Translations under genes and position numbers: made by a program | Assembly: GCA_047967505.1 (NCBI GenBank) | Contig: CM106538.1 | Length of the DNA stretch: 64,000 nt | Direction: 5' to 3' (one strand) | Source: Dipteris shenzhenensis | Lineage: Eukaryota | Notes under the pieces: generated by a model | Seen by the model: only the letters and a program-made list of their open reading frames with translations | Database searches by the model: none | Told to the model about the DNA's origin: nothing | Part shown: positions 1 through 13,800 of the stretch, one piece after another | Position numbering within the stretch: the first letter of the stretch is position 1 | How the letters are laid out: every line of letters begins with the position of its first letter

Positions 1-1088
1 ACCTTAATAGGCCCTTCTTGGCTCCTGTTCCACTTTGTGGATGTCCACCGTTCTCTTTTTTTTGTTGTACAAATAGTCTTCGATGTCGTGGGTCAAGTTG
101 TTGCAGATTTCCCACCATTGGCCAACCAACACTTGTATGACCTTAGATTTTGCATTTGTGGCACTAGGGCTCACCCTTCTCTGGGTTTCCTTGGATGCCC
201 ACTTCTTTTAGGAGTTTTTTGGTTTTCTTTTTGGGGTACCACCTCTTGTTCTTCTCTTCTTCATCTTTGCTCTTAACTTCTTGAACGGGTGGCTTCTTTT
301 TCTTTCGAGATTCCATGTTTCTCTTTTCTAATGCAATCATGCCTCATTGGAAAAATTATCTCCATCTTGTGCAACTTCGTTCCCAAGGCAAGTCCACTCA
401 ACAACCATGACCTTAACATTGTCTTGTCTTGTGCATTGGTATGTTGGTTGGTTTGTTTCCAAGGCAAGGCCACTCAACAACCATGACCTTGACACTATCT
501 TGTCTTGCCTGTTGGTAAGTTGGTTGGTCAACACCCTCATCTTGGCTACAAAGTCATACACCGTTTTGATTTTCGCGTGGTCGATATTGTTAAGCTTTAC
601 CAATACGTCTTCCTCATTGGATACATGCTAAAACCTCTTCAGAGACATAGCCTTCAACTCATCCCATGTGGTGAAGTGCCCATCGAAAATTCTTGGTCAT
701 ACTATTCGATGGCCTTGCAGGTGAACGTGTACAATAAGTACTCCTGAGTGATCGCAAAAGTTCTTAAGAAATTTTGAACATGAGAATGGAGATGCTCTCC
801 CTCGCTCCCTTTTAAGTTTGGAAACTTGATCCTTACTATCGACTCCTCGGTGTGAGCTGTTTGGTGACGTTGAGAATCAGTCCCCTCTCTCATCTCGCTT
901 GGATCGATTGCCACCACTACCTTCCTCTTTGTTTCCGTCACATCTTCCCTTCCGTCTTTCATCTTGGTATTCTTCTCCTATCTCCTTGTTGTTGTTGTAG
1001 GCGTACCTCCACCGACTTCTTGCTCTTGCGTTTGGTCTCCATTAGCTTTTCTAGTGCACTCAAATTATACTCCCTAGTAGGACCACCA
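1..1088 (-). mobile_element. Decayed Ty3/gypsy gag region with PBS-like site (1070-1088); LTR probably begins at 1091
   Basis: Minus-strand fragments IKFPNLKGSEGEHLHSHVQNF, VYDFVAKMRVL..SWLLSGL and a degenerate knuckle (WWEICNNLTHDIEDYLYN) resemble the gag at 28038-29180. The minus strand reads ...AACA-TT-TGGTGGTCCTACTAGGGAG, the layout of an LTR end followed by a PBS. Confidence 0.6.
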
Positions 1089-2197
1089 AATGTTAATGCC
1101 AAAATGCTAACTCCGAACTCCTAACATTACTACGCATTATCAAGTCAATTGGTTGTCCCATGAGCCCTTTGTTCGTCTAGGTGGCAGCACGGTTGCCTTT
1201 TCCAGATAATCAGAGAGGTGACTGAATGCGAGACAAATGGTGAAAACATGCTGCTATGTTGAGTATTAAATAGTGAAGAAGGAAAGATAGAGAAATGGTG
1301 CAAAGATGGACGTTTGCTTAAGGAAATGGGGATCCAAATGTCTAGATACAATAGCACACTGCCTACCCTCACACACATCAAAGAGAGGGAGTTACCAAGT
1401 CTCATAAAAAAATCAATCTCAATTTTCTTTGTTAGTAATTTTCATTTTTTTTGGGAAGAATTCAAGCATAGATTATGTATTCAAAAGAAAATCTTATATG
1501 AAAGTATATGTTTGTACAAGGTGTAACTAACTTAGCAAAACTAGCCTTTTCTTACATTTGTTTAAGATGACAAGAATACAACAATAATTGAGTATTGCAC
1601 CAATTATTACTTTCAGATGATCCACAACCATGTAAAATTTGACACATCAATGCAACGAGCAATGAGAGCATACATACACTAGTTTTAACCAAAAACAAAA
1701 AACTCATAAAGGAGGTTGTACGATGAGAGTGCACATAAACTCATTTTAAGAAAATAAAACTCAACATGAAGGTTACATCTCAAAGCAAAGCAATGTATTC
1801 ATTAAAAAAAGGGGTCGCGAGACTAGCATAAGAAATTCAATGAAGCTTAATGAAAGTCACGAATTGCAGACAAATTCCTTTTAAAACTTTGCGAAATGCT
1901 TACTGCGATACATCATAAGGGGGTGTGTGGTTTTAAAACACGAGTTGATTGGCGATGTGGTGCAACTAAATCTAACCTACAAAACGCACAACGCTCTAAT
2001 CCCAAGGATTTGAAAACCATGCCTGAGCATGGCTGAATGCAATTGGGCAGCGCAGGCACAACTAGTTGTGTTCTTTCCTTTTAATAAATTATAATCTTTG
2101 TGTGAAAAAAAAGGCTTTTAAAAAAAAAAGAACAAAAATTTTATTAAGAATTCTAAGAGTGGAGAACTATGCTAAACTCATACGTGAGGGCCACCTC

Positions 2198-2570
2198 TTC
2201 TCTCTCTCTCTCTCTCTCTCTCCAATCTCTCTCGTTTGCTTTAGTTTAATTGATTAAACTAAGTTAATTTTTCCAAACCTCATTTTACCGGACTATTTAA
2301 ATCCCTAGCTACCATCATACGCCAGCCACCCTAAGGGAGGGGCCACATTGTCCTTAGCACACTTCATTCTGTCTTATGACGATAGTGGAGGATGGTTTAG
2401 CTGTAGATGATTAGACACACACTACAATCTCTCTCTCTCACACTACAATCTCTCTCTCTCTCTCTTTTGCTTGTTCAATTCTCTCTCTATCTCTCTCACA
2501 CACACACACACACTACATTCTCTTTGTAAAAATATCTCTCTCTCTCTCTCTCTCGCGCTCGCTCGCTCAA
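2198..2570. repeat. Cluster of (CT)n/(CA)n microsatellites with repeated CACACTACAATCTCTCT motifs
   Basis: Read directly; lies downstream of the ERF gene. Confidence 0.85.
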
Positions 2571-2717
2571 TTCTAATGTCTTTACAGAGCTGCCTACGCT
2601 ATCAACATAGAGTATGAGTGCTTACAAATACGACGGGCTGGCTGCGAAGTACGTCGCCCAGCTATGGAGGTTACAGGCCGCATGCAAAGAATGACTCATA
2701 AGCCCTCGTCTCTTCAG

Positions 2718-3299
2718 CTACGTTCTAAATAGTTCCTCTAGGTCCAAGAAACCTTCCTCGTCGTTCGGGGCCTCGCTGGTTGAAGGCCGGTTTCGCGTTG
2801 TCGAAAACTGCGATTCGCTCGAATCCGTCGACGCCCAGGTAAGACGGTGAGGAGCTCCTTGCGAAGAAGAATCCGTAATCTCTTCAGCTAGGGGCGCAAT
2901 GGGGAGCCGATTGTCATTCGACGTGGAGGGATGATTGTCAATGCGAAAGTTCGACGGACTGGCGTGAATTCTGTCATATCTTGCGCCCTCAGCTAAAGCG
3001 GCTCGCTGAATGGCCTTGGGCGACAACCCCGGATAACGGGCTGCAGCTGGGATCTGAGGCGGGGAGTCTGGGAAATTGAGCTGAGCAGAAGGTCCTCTAA
3101 GGTAAACGAGGGCAGTATCGTAAGCACGAGCAGCAGCCTCGGGCTTGTGATAGGAGCCCAACCAGATACGAGACCGCTTATGGGGCTCTCGAATTTCGGA
3201 AACCCATTTCCCCCAAGAACGCTGGCGAACTCCACGGTACCCGGGTCTAAGACTAGAGGCGTTCACCTTTGAGGGCCTTGCACCCTCGGAAATGTTCAT
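2718..3299 (-). CDS. AP2/ERF transcription factor, DREB subfamily (ERF group II / DREB A-5-like), intronless, 193 aa
   Basis: Single AP2 domain [46 protein letters not shown] with the DREB-diagnostic V14 and E19, followed by [10 protein letters not shown] and an acidic C-terminus. Confidence 0.93.
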   Translation of the reverse strand: MNISEGARPSKVNASSLRPGYRGVRQRSWGKWVSEIREPHKRSRIWLGSYHKPEAAARAYDTALVYLRGPSAQLNFPDSPPQIPAAARYPGLSPKAIQRAALAEGARYDRIHASPSNFRIDNHPSTSNDNRLPIAPLAEEITDSSSQGAPHRLTWASTDSSESQFSTTRNRPSTSEAPNDEEGFLDLEELFRT

Positions 3300-3329
3300 T
3301 GGCAGCGTTGATTGACCACTAAATTTAGG

Positions 3330-3695
3330 CTTTCACGTCAAATCGAAAAGCGAGTGTAGAGCAAAATTCAAACAGGAAGAGTCTGCACTCTACGTGCGTG
3401 ATTGGAAACAATCATGGTTTACCAATATGGTCCGAATTTGAAGATCTCTTGGCGGTTAAAGAGGCGTGAGACTTTCTATCTCAGCTAGCAATAAAGAACA
3501 TGGCGACTCGCGAGTGCTTTCGAGACGCTTCGCACACGTATTTCCGTGATACCCACGTCAACCGCCTTACCGGCCAACTGCTCGCTATCATGGAAGGAGG
3601 CGTACCTCAACGTGGCACTGTGTTATAGATTACATAGAACTCTACGGCGAGCCTATCGATAAATCTTTAATTTGCTTGTATTAATCACGTGCGTA
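3330..3695 (-). promoter_or_regulatory. Putative ERF proximal promoter with clustered ACGT-core (ABRE/G-box-like) motifs
   Basis: CACGTC 3334, TACGTG 3391, CACGTA 3535, CACGTC 3554, ACGTGGC 3610 and CACGTG 3686, all within 400 bp upstream of the ATG. Confidence 0.45.
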
Positions 3696-4259
3696 ATTCC
3701 AGTTACATCATCGATGAGCCGAAATTCGAATCCCCGTCCAGAAGTTGTACGATGAGAACCACCGCCTAAGTTTTAAATCCCTCTATCTTCGAAATTACAT
3801 TCTGATTAACGTAGACTGATGCACAATTCCGTCACAAGCTGTGCAATGCGAACCACCGCCTAAGTTTTAAATCCCTCTAGAAATACTGAACACATCGGTT
3901 CGAAAAAGACTGAAGTTACATTCTAATTAAAGTGGAGCTTAGTAGACGTGATGCAAGTGCACAAGATACATACTATTGTTCCACCCAACTCGTGCTTATT
4001 CTAATTAATAATGTTTCTTCCCGATTGATTGAGCATAGTTGAAGTAACACTTGCATGATCGTCAAAGATTGACGAATATCCCATGGGTAAATTCCATTAC
4101 GAAGCAATGAAATATGTCTAAAAAGCTCAATCAAACCTGAGATCAGTCCTTTACTCAACCACATACAAGCCAAAAGAGCAATTAGAAAACGCGAGAAGAC
4201 ATATCTAATTTTGGTGAATACGGTAAGAGCTACTTAGCCAAACACTAAGCCTACACACC

Positions 4260-4897
4260 AAAAGTTTCTTTCTCAATTTTCTGATTGTTTCTTAGAGGAT
4301 TTACTACCTGGACTACCATGTTCTCGACCTGAAGATCATAGGATAGAAATTTTACCGGGCAATACTCCACCTTGCAAAGCTCCTTATAGAGTCAATCAGC
4401 TAGAACAAAAGAAAATTCAAAAGCAAGTGGAGAAACTGATAGAGAGAGGATTGATAAGACTTAGCAGTTCTCCTTATGGAGCACTTGTCCTATTAGTCAA
4501 AAAGAAAAATGGAGCCTATCGAATGTGCATAGACTATCGTGCACTAAACAAAATCACAGTGAAGAACAAATATCCAATCCCTAGGATTGATGATCTTTTG
4601 GACAAATTGAAAGGGGCCAAGGGCTTTAGTAAGATAGATCTCACATCCGGCTATCATCAAGTTTGTATGGTAGAAGAGAATATATACAAGACTGCATTTA
4701 GAACTAAAACGGGACATTATGAGTTCTTACTTATGCCTTTTGGGCTAACTAATGCTCCAGCTACTTTTAGTAGAATGATGAACCGAATCCTTCTTAAACA
4801 CCAAGATTGTGTGGTAGTATTTTTTGATGATATTCTGGTGTTTAGCAAAGATGTTGAGGAGCATAAAGAACATCTGAAGCATTCCCTCCCCTTCTAA
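4260..4897 (+). pseudogene. Isolated Ty3/gypsy reverse transcriptase fragment
   Basis: [71 protein letters not shown]. It is truncated after the DD box and no LTRs were seen. Confidence 0.9.
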
Positions 4898-5146
4898 TCC
4901 CTTTTCCCCACCCATGATAATGTTTTTTCCTCACGTTCTCCTTTCCTCTATGGCCCTCGAGCGTCGCCATGCTAAGTCTCTAGCCTCTTGTCTTGATTTC
5001 TTTTCTAGCTAATAGTATGTACTATATCTTAATAAGAATTTGTAATCACAATGATTAAAATGGATAAATATTTTAGTAAGGAGACGGATTGAATAAAACA
5101 TGCAATGGATTATCTCATGCAATTCCATGACATGATATGGACATAG

Positions 5147-8100
5147 TGTGAAGAGAGTGGGAGAGAAGTAAGGAGTCTCCTCGGAGTCTCACTTGTAGCT
5201 TTCTCACATACACAATGGGGGAATACACACAAAGGTGGAGGCTGAAAATAGTTTCCCTCTTCTTAGTTGTGAAAGCCAAAAGAACTCTCTCTTAGTACAA
5301 AAGGAATAGGTGAACCCTATATGTGGGTCTCAAACCAAACTCAGATAACCTAGGTGGCATACTAACTGAGCCACTAACTAGAGTACATAAAGATAGATGT
5401 CATCCAACTATTATTCATGGGCGGTGTACCAATCGCATCTGTAGCTAACAAGTCGGTGACATAAATGCACAACGGTCACCCTGGCATATCACGAGTGGAG
5501 CTCGATATCTCAACACTCCCCCTCGAGCTCAATCCCAATTCTTGCACACCAAGTAGGTCTTTGAACTTGCGTAGCTTCTCTGTGCCCAATGCCTTCGTGA
5601 ATATGTCAGCTACCTGTTCCTCTGTGCTGCCATAAACTAGATCAATAAAACCTACTAGAACCTTCTCCCGCACATAGTGATAATGCACCTCAATGTGCTT
5701 TGTTCTAGCATGATAGACTAGGTTATTTGCCAAGTGTAAACTGCTCATATTGTCACAATAAATGACAACTGGTCCATCTCTAAACTGATGCATATCATAA
5801 AGTAGCTTACGCAACCAAGCTACCTCACATATAGCCATTGTTCCACCCCTATACTCAACCTCTGTGCTCGACAAGGCAAATGTAGGCTGTTTCTTGCTGC
5901 TCCAAGTGACTACAGCACTCCCAAAAGAGAACACATATCCACCACTGGTAGATCGTCTATCAGAAATACTACCAACCCAATCAGCATCAGTGTATCCATG
6001 CAATTGTATCTGAACCCTAGCTCTTGCGATTGCCATCCTTGCAACCGGACTGAATGTTTCTTCATAATCAATGCCATATATTTGTCATACCCCTTGACAA
6101 CTAATCTTGCCTTGTGCATATTCACAGAACCATTTGCATTGTGCTTCACCTTATAAACCCACTTGTAGGCAATTGCATGCTTGTCTTTAGGCAAAGGCAC
6201 CAATTCCCATGTAGCATTTGCTTCCAAGGCATCCATTTCTTCATCCATGGCTTTCTCCCATTTTTCTTTTTCCATGGCTTGCTCTAAAGAAGTGGGTTCT
6301 AGTTCATGTATCACTTTGACCATATAGGCATAGTGAATGGCTGTAAATCCATCATATTTCAGCCTATCCACAGGATACTTAACTCTAGTAGACTTGTGCA
6401 AAATAGGCTCACTACCAGGTGCTCTCAAAACATCCCTTGTCTTCCTTCCTTCTGGTGTAACAATAGACGGAATACCCAACTCATCATCAAGGCTCTGTTC
6501 TGAGCCACTGGATTCACCATCCACATAAGAGTGACCTTCATTCACATCAAACATGGGCTGATCTACTTTGTCTTTTCCTTTTTGTGATACTTGCATACCA
6601 CTATCTGCATTGCTTTGAGGAGATCCTCCTGATCTCAATCTGCCTATCCATGGCAAAGTATGTGAACCACTACTAAGGACACTACAGGTCCACTAATATT
6701 TTGTGATTGCTGCTATGAATTCTGTGCATCTACATCATTAATCACATTTAATGGTTTATACCAGCTGCTCATCTCATCAAAAACATCTCTGCCTAATGTA
6801 AACTTACGAGTAGAAGGGTTATAGCATCTATAACCTTTCTGCTATAGAGAATAACCAATAAAGATGCACTTCTCATCTTTTGGATCCAACTTGGATCTCA
6901 AGTCATCTGGCACATAAACATAGGCAATGCAACCAAAAACTTTCAAATGAGAAATATCTAGTTTCTTACCAGTATACGTCTCCTCTGGCGTCATGCCATG
7001 TATTGCTACAGTGGAAGTCTATTCATTATGTAGACTGTTGTAGCAACTTCTTCAGCCCAATAATAATCTGGCAGGTCTTTTTCGTTGAGCATGGCATGAG
7101 ATACCTCTCCAATATGCCTGTTTTTCCTTTCTGCAAGTCCATTTTGCTGTGGGGTATGATTGCATGAATATTGCTGCTTTATGCCATGCTCCTGCATGAA
7201 CCTTGCAAACTCATTTGAGAGGTACTCTCCCCCTCCATCTGACCTTAGGCATTTTATTTGCAGGCATGTTTCTTTCTCAACCATAGCTTTAAAAGCTTTG
7301 AAATGCCCAAACACTTCACTTTTCTTTTTCATAAAATACACCCAAACTTTTCTACTGTAGTCATCAATAAAAGTGACAAAATAATGACAGCCTCCAATAG
7401 ATGCAGCTTTAGTAGTCCACACATCAGAGTGGATTAATTCCAATGGCCTCTTACTCTCTTGAACATGTCTAGGAAATGGTTTCCTTGCCTATTTTCCAAA
7501 TTGACAGGCTTCACATACCTTATGCATTTTTGCAACCTTGAACTTAGGCAATCCTACAATAATATTTTGGGCCTGCATTAATTTAAGTCATTGTACATTA
7601 ACATGACCAATGTGTTTTTGCCAGATATCAATATCTACAACTACACCGGTCCCATGTGCAAACATTGCTGCACTCAATTCAGGCATGTCCGCATCCAATG
7701 TAAACATCCTGCCCTTATTCTTCCCTTTTGCTATCAAGCGACCTTTATTTTTCATATCCTCAACAAAGCATCCATGAGGATTAAATCTGACCTGCAAGCC
7801 CTGCTCAACCATTTGACCAATAGAAACTAGGTTCTTGGTGATATTCGGGACATGAAATACATTAGACAGGTATTTCTTTTTCCCATCCTTCATAGACAAA
7901 GGAATTTTACCAATCTGCACAATAGGATGTGCAGATCATCACCAGTCTCCACAAATCCTGGTCTTTCCATTTTCCTTGCATCCTGCATCCATTCTGCATG
8001 ACCTGTCATGTGGTTTGACGCACCTGAGTCAACATACCACACATCATTGCTTTCTTCTGCACTTGTCAGAGAATCGGTCATGCCCTTCACCATAAACGAA

Positions 8101-9904
8101 TGCTCATTTCTGTCATCACCCTGTCTACTAGAGGATGCATAATTGCCTTGCTGCAATTTTCCAGTCATGATGTCATTCTGCTTTTTATAGCAGTCTTTAG
8201 CCATATGACCCATTTTACCACAGTAGTAGCATTCAACATTGTTGTTTGCATTTTGGCCTCTCTGCTATCCACCACGACCTCTTTGGCTCCCCCTGCCTCT
8301 AAAGTTACCACGTCCTCCTCCATAGGAGTGGTTTTCTTGAATTTCTTGCATATTCTGATTTCTGCCACGGCCTCCAGATTGGCGTGCTCTACCTCTACCT
8401 CTACCTCTTCCAGCATTTGAGTAGAAGATAGTTTCTTTTGAAGTTCCTCTTGAATAAGATGCACCACCATTTCTCTGCTCTTTAGAAATTAGAAGAGCAA
8501 TCAACTCCTCAAAATCGGAAAATGCTCACGGACAGCAATGGATGTACGGAATTGTTCATAATCCTTTCCTAGACCATTCAAGGTCTCATCATCTTCCACT
8601 AGCAACCCAATAGAAGCAAGTGCATCTACAATCTTCTTCACCTTCATATGGTAGTCATTGATGCTCATATTTTCTCTCTGCACATTATGCAACTTCTACT
8701 TGAGCTGCATTTTCCTGGCTTGTGTATTTGTGCTATACATTTTTGTCAAAGTATCCCACGCCTCCTTCGGCGTGCTTGCATCCTGAATATGCACAATCAT
8801 AGAATCTGAAATACTGATAGACAGCCATTACATAACTTTTTTGGCTCTCTCATGCCAGCCTTTAAATGCCTGCAACTCTTGTTGATTGGGAACATTAGGA
8901 ATAACTGGTTCTTGTTCAGCTCTAATAATGAACTCCTAATAGCCTTTTCCCTTAAGGAAATTCGTCATTCTAAACTTCAATGCATGGAAGTTGTTCTTGT
9001 CAAGCTTTTTAGTGACTATCTGTGAAAGAGCATCAGACGCCATTATAGAACACAGCAAAAATATTCTGTCACTGCAAAAAACACAACTTTTGCCTCACAA
9101 GGGCAAATCTGCAAAACTAACGAAAGTGGTATTTGACCACATAGTCACTTCCTAGTGACGATTTTGCATCAACAAGCAATAAGAATGATTCTGTCACTCC
9201 CAATATCTCTGTGCATAGGCATACGATGTAATTTTTGTGACAACTTTTCACCGACCTGTGGAATAGTGGTTGCACAGCAAAAACAGGGCACTTTTCTGAG
9301 TGCCTGTGGAAAACTTCTGCCACCAAAACGGGCCCCGAAATGGCCTCTAATCGAAATGCCCTCTCGCCACACTGCGAAGGGCATCCCAATCCGAGACAGT
9401 GCACTCTTGCACTTTCCAGCTGTGCTACTTGCATAGATTTGCTCCCAAACTCGAAAAAGGAAAGAAACACTAATCCTCTTACTAAGACACCGCAAACTTG
9501 GTTTGCTTTCTTGAGCTCCTTACCATGAAACTGAGCTCTGATACCATGTGAAGAGAGTGGGAGAGGAGTAAGGAGTCTCACTTGCAGCTTTCTCACATAC
9601 ACAATGGGGGAATACACACAAAGGTGGAGGCTGAAAACAGTTTTCCTCTTCTTAGTTGTGAAAGCCAAAAGAACTCTCTCTTAGTACAAAAGGAATAGGT
9701 GAACCCTATACGTGGGTCTCAAACCAAACTCAGCTAACCTAGGTGGCATACTAACTGAGCCACTAACTAGAGTACATAAACATAGCTGTCATCTAGCTAT
9801 TATTCATGGGTAGTGTACCAACCGCATCTACAGCTAACAAGTCGATGACATAAATGCACAACGGTCACCCTGGCATATCACGAGTGGAGCTCGATATCTC
9901 AACA
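5147..9904 (-). mobile_element. Ty1/copia LTR retrotransposon with both LTRs, defective (stops, frameshifts, RT core deleted)
   Basis: LTRs 5147-5515 and 9547-9904 (TG..CA); TSD CATAG at 5142-5146 and 9905-9909; tRNA-iMet PBS (GAGCTCTGATACCA on +) ending at 9546; PPT next to 5516. Gag ATG 9043, protease WYVDSGASNHM, integrase LIHSDVW/LRSDGGGEY, RNase H YTDADW..RRSTSG. Confidence 0.95.
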
Positions 9905-10604
9905 CATAGAGCTTATTACATTTTCATGCTCAAAATGGTGGCTCTCCTAAGACAAGAATATGAAGTTAATAAGAATCATGAGTACAACACTTTCTTGTAA
10001 TAAATGCATCTATGCAAAATGCGAGCCATAATGGTTCATTCAATGTCTAATAAGATTCAAACCAAAATTTTAGCTACCTTATTAAATTGTAGAGCTTACT
10101 TGGAGTTGAAACTTGTTCTAATGGAAGTTTCAAGCACCATATTCTTGTGGAGACTTGATTAAGACAATAAGACAAGAATGCATTGTAAATATTGCTTCAA
10201 TTGTTAGTGGAAGCTATAATAATCAGAGAGAACTATATATGTGGACATGCAAACCCAAAAAGGAATGTAGTCAATGTTTTGCTAATTCAAGGCCCATCAC
10301 TTTTGTAATCTTATAGATCTATGAACAAATAGCATAATGGCTTTAAGATATGGAATATATTTATCTCTTAGCTTGATACAACTCTATTTGATGGAAACAA
10401 AATGAGAACAAAACTTGCTTCAGTAATTGTTGCACTTCCTAAAATAGTTGATGACTACAATGCAAGGGAATGCATTGAATATATTATTTCAATTGTGAAT
10501 GGATGTTATAATTATTGGTGATAGGCAAACCAAAGGGAGGTTTATTGAGGGCAATTGGTTGGTAGATAGACATGGAGCAATGCATGGCGACGTGCATGTG
10601 CAGC

Positions 10605-10762
10605 TTGGAAGGCTGGTTGGGAGGATATGATCTTGTTGTTAACATGACTCCATTGTTGGAAGGTTGGTTAGGAGGTTATGATCTTGTTGTGATCATGACT
10701 CCATTGTTGGGAAGGCTGGTTGGGAGGATATGATCTTGTTGTGATCATGACTCCATTGTTGG
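10605..10762. repeat. Tandem minisatellite, ~51-52 bp x 3
   Basis: Unit TTGGAAGGCTGGTTGGGAGGATATGATCTTGTTGTGATCATGACTCCATTG occurs three times with few substitutions. Confidence 0.9.
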
Positions 10763-10881
10763 TGTAGTTTTTTCCAAGGTTGTCGTCGTTGAGATCTCAT
10801 CATGATGATGCAGCACCCATGATGTTTGTGGTGGATGTTGCAAATTCTCCTCCTGATCATGGCTCATGTTTTAGGTTGTAA

Positions 10882-11001
<120 letters not shown>

Positions 11002-13800
11002 TAACAAAGCTCTCGATTATGAATAAATGATCTGTCAAATTAGGGGATCGACTCTCCTAGTCACTAAGATAACATCCTAATACAACACTAATCTAAGGAG
11101 GATGCAACCTAAGTGCAAACATGATGAAGAGAGTGCTCATGACATGTACCTCAAGTCAATTAGGTTCCAAGATAGATTAGCTTGGACTCATAAAGAGAAT
11201 CTTGAGATAGTGCAAAGTGCTTGATTGATATTACTTCAAATGAACCTCCCTCTTAGAGGTGAGGGTACTTACATCCATATGCTTGCTCACATGTGGGATA
11301 TCTCCTCCATGCCATGTGGCAGCTTGCCCTTTACTCATATCTTTGCTCTACATGTGCTCATGGCACCACAACTCTCAATACCTCCCCTTAGTACCATGAT
11401 CCTTTGGCTACTGCAAGGTGGTCACATGTGAGTTACAAGATCAAATCCTACCCTGGGTGCTTTCATATCTACTCTCAGGTGGTCAGGTTTGATTTACAAA
11501 ATATAGGCAAGGTTGGCAAGGTTTTTGTTTCTCAATACATTCCATTGATGTCACCTTTTGGCTCATGGCTTGATGACGATGGCGTTTGCTTCTTTGCTTG
11601 GCATAGCTTCATGCATGATTCTTTGTTCTTCCATGTGCCTTGATGCTTTATGTGTGGATGCCATGCTCTGTGCTATGGTCATCTCATGCAGTTGTGCTTT
11701 TGGCATGCTTATGACAATGATGTGTGCATTCATGCTTTGATTTGTCATTTGTTGCAAAGGTCTTACCATGAGCTTCATTTTGCTTAGATGGCAGTGTCTA
11801 ATTGCATACAATGATTCTGACTTGATACGTGCATAGAGCTCAAAAAGACGATCACTTTTCCTTTTTGGAGCGAGTGCAAATTCTTCCTGGATTAGAAGTT
11901 ATGGCTTGTTGAAGTTTTTGTGAAGAAGAGGGGGCCTTGATGATGTGGCACAAGGATTCATATGCTGAATTCCAAACTGTGCTTGGTAGGGGCAATGTGC
12001 TTAGGTGGCACTGTTGACTGTGCATGCTTATCTGGTAGTTAACCAATCGTAACTCTAACCATCGTGGGTTAAGTTAACCAGACCATGATTGAGTCTTATC
12101 TACCACGTGGCAAAACTTTGACCAAACATCATTAAACTAAACCTAGAATTAACCACGGTTTGTGTGGGGGTTAAAGGTCACTGTGCCTTTACCCTGGTTA
12201 TGTACAATACTCAAACACATATATAAATGAATGAAAAAGAAGATTAGGGTGGTTCTGCACCCATCAAAACTTGTGTGGATCTCTGTCTCTCTCTCTCCTT
12301 CTTCCGTTCTTGCTTCCGTTGAGAGCACTCTCAACTGGTATCAGAGCCCGAGTGATCTAGCTGAGCGTGCATGAATACCTGGAAGCTCAACAACTCTATG
12401 GGAGGAAGGAGAAGCTCTGTGGGAAGCTTTGTGGGCGACTGTACTTGCATCCGAGTGTGCAGAGACCTTGGAGGAACCTTTGGAAAAGTCACTTTGGCTT
12501 TGCGAAGTGGTTTTGAGAGCCTGTTAAGTGTTTTCAAAGAAAAAGTCGTTTTTTGAGCTTTTCCCTGTTCCGTTCGATGACAGAGACTGCGTATTGACTT
12601 GTAGAGGCAACTATTGCTTGCTTTTGGTGTCCACTTCACTTAAGGAGCTTGGAAACACCTTCATTCTTGAATCTGGGATCATTTCATTGGATTTCTGACT
12701 CACTGTGTCAGTTTTCGCGTTTTTTGCCCGGGTGTTGGAACTCAAGTTTCGAGCAACCATTTGTAGATCTGTCAGTTCCGGTGGACTCAGGAGGTCCTAA
12801 ACCTTCTATGTTGCTCATCATTTGCACTCTGGTGGAGTTTACAAACAGCTCTGTTTCCAAAATGTTTTTCAGTCCGTGTGTTGGACCCAGTGGATTGAGA
12901 CCACGGTTTCCAAAACTGTCTATCCCATTGCGTTCCGGATGCCCAAAAACCCCTACCTGTCAGTTCTTGTGCGATTCAATGGAGGATTTTTAGAGTTATA
13001 GAACTTTGTGTATTCGATTTCGTCTCTCTGTTATGCATTTTTCATTCTAAGGTTTTGAAACCTTAGATTTATGCCACATGGCAGTGGATAAGTGTTGACT
13101 CCCATTTCTCACTCATCGGTTGGGATTTTGGAGTTTCGACAAAAGAGAGATATTTTCACATTTTCTTGCTGAGTCCGATTATGCAATGGCGCCCATGCTT
13201 TGAGGCATCTCAGGTTCTATTTTCAGTAGCGGTCATTACCGTGGGACCATGATTTCTTGAGCATAACTTATGCAGATCACTCTGGTTGCAGTTTGAGCAG
13301 TGTGCGCTCATTCGTGGTGTGCATTGGGTTGCAGTGGATGATTTATAGGCCATTTGGATGTATTGCGATCCTTATTAGATGTGCTGATAGGCCCAAATTG
13401 CCTTGTGGGATGCTATTTTTATGGACGCTTTGCACATGGATGCTATTTTATGCTAAGGGACAGTTTTGACACATTGCAGGTGATGCACTGATAGTGCTAT
13501 GCTCTCTTGGATGAGATATTATTAATGCATATGCCAGTGGACGGTGTTTATGCTTGAGTCATTTGGCACTTATTGGCATTTTGGATTGCCATTGCAGTTG
13601 GCATTTTCTTTTGGGCCAGATTTGCTCATATGGATGCATAGTACATGCACATGAGTCAGCTACATCTTTTTTTGATGCTTTGATCTTTGAGTTTTTGTGA
13701 TATTTCAGTCTATTGTGGCATACACATTTGGGTGCACCTGGTATTTGATGTGATTCTCTCTTACAGGCACTAGCATTTGGGATTTTGCTTTATTTGCATT

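Noticed and set aside
381-530. ~76-bp tandem duplication as a regulatory repeat
   Set aside because: It lies within a decayed gag and is ordinary local duplication.
2718-2760. EAR repression motif at the ERF C-terminus (FLDLEELF)
   Set aside because: It fits neither LxLxL nor DLNxxP.
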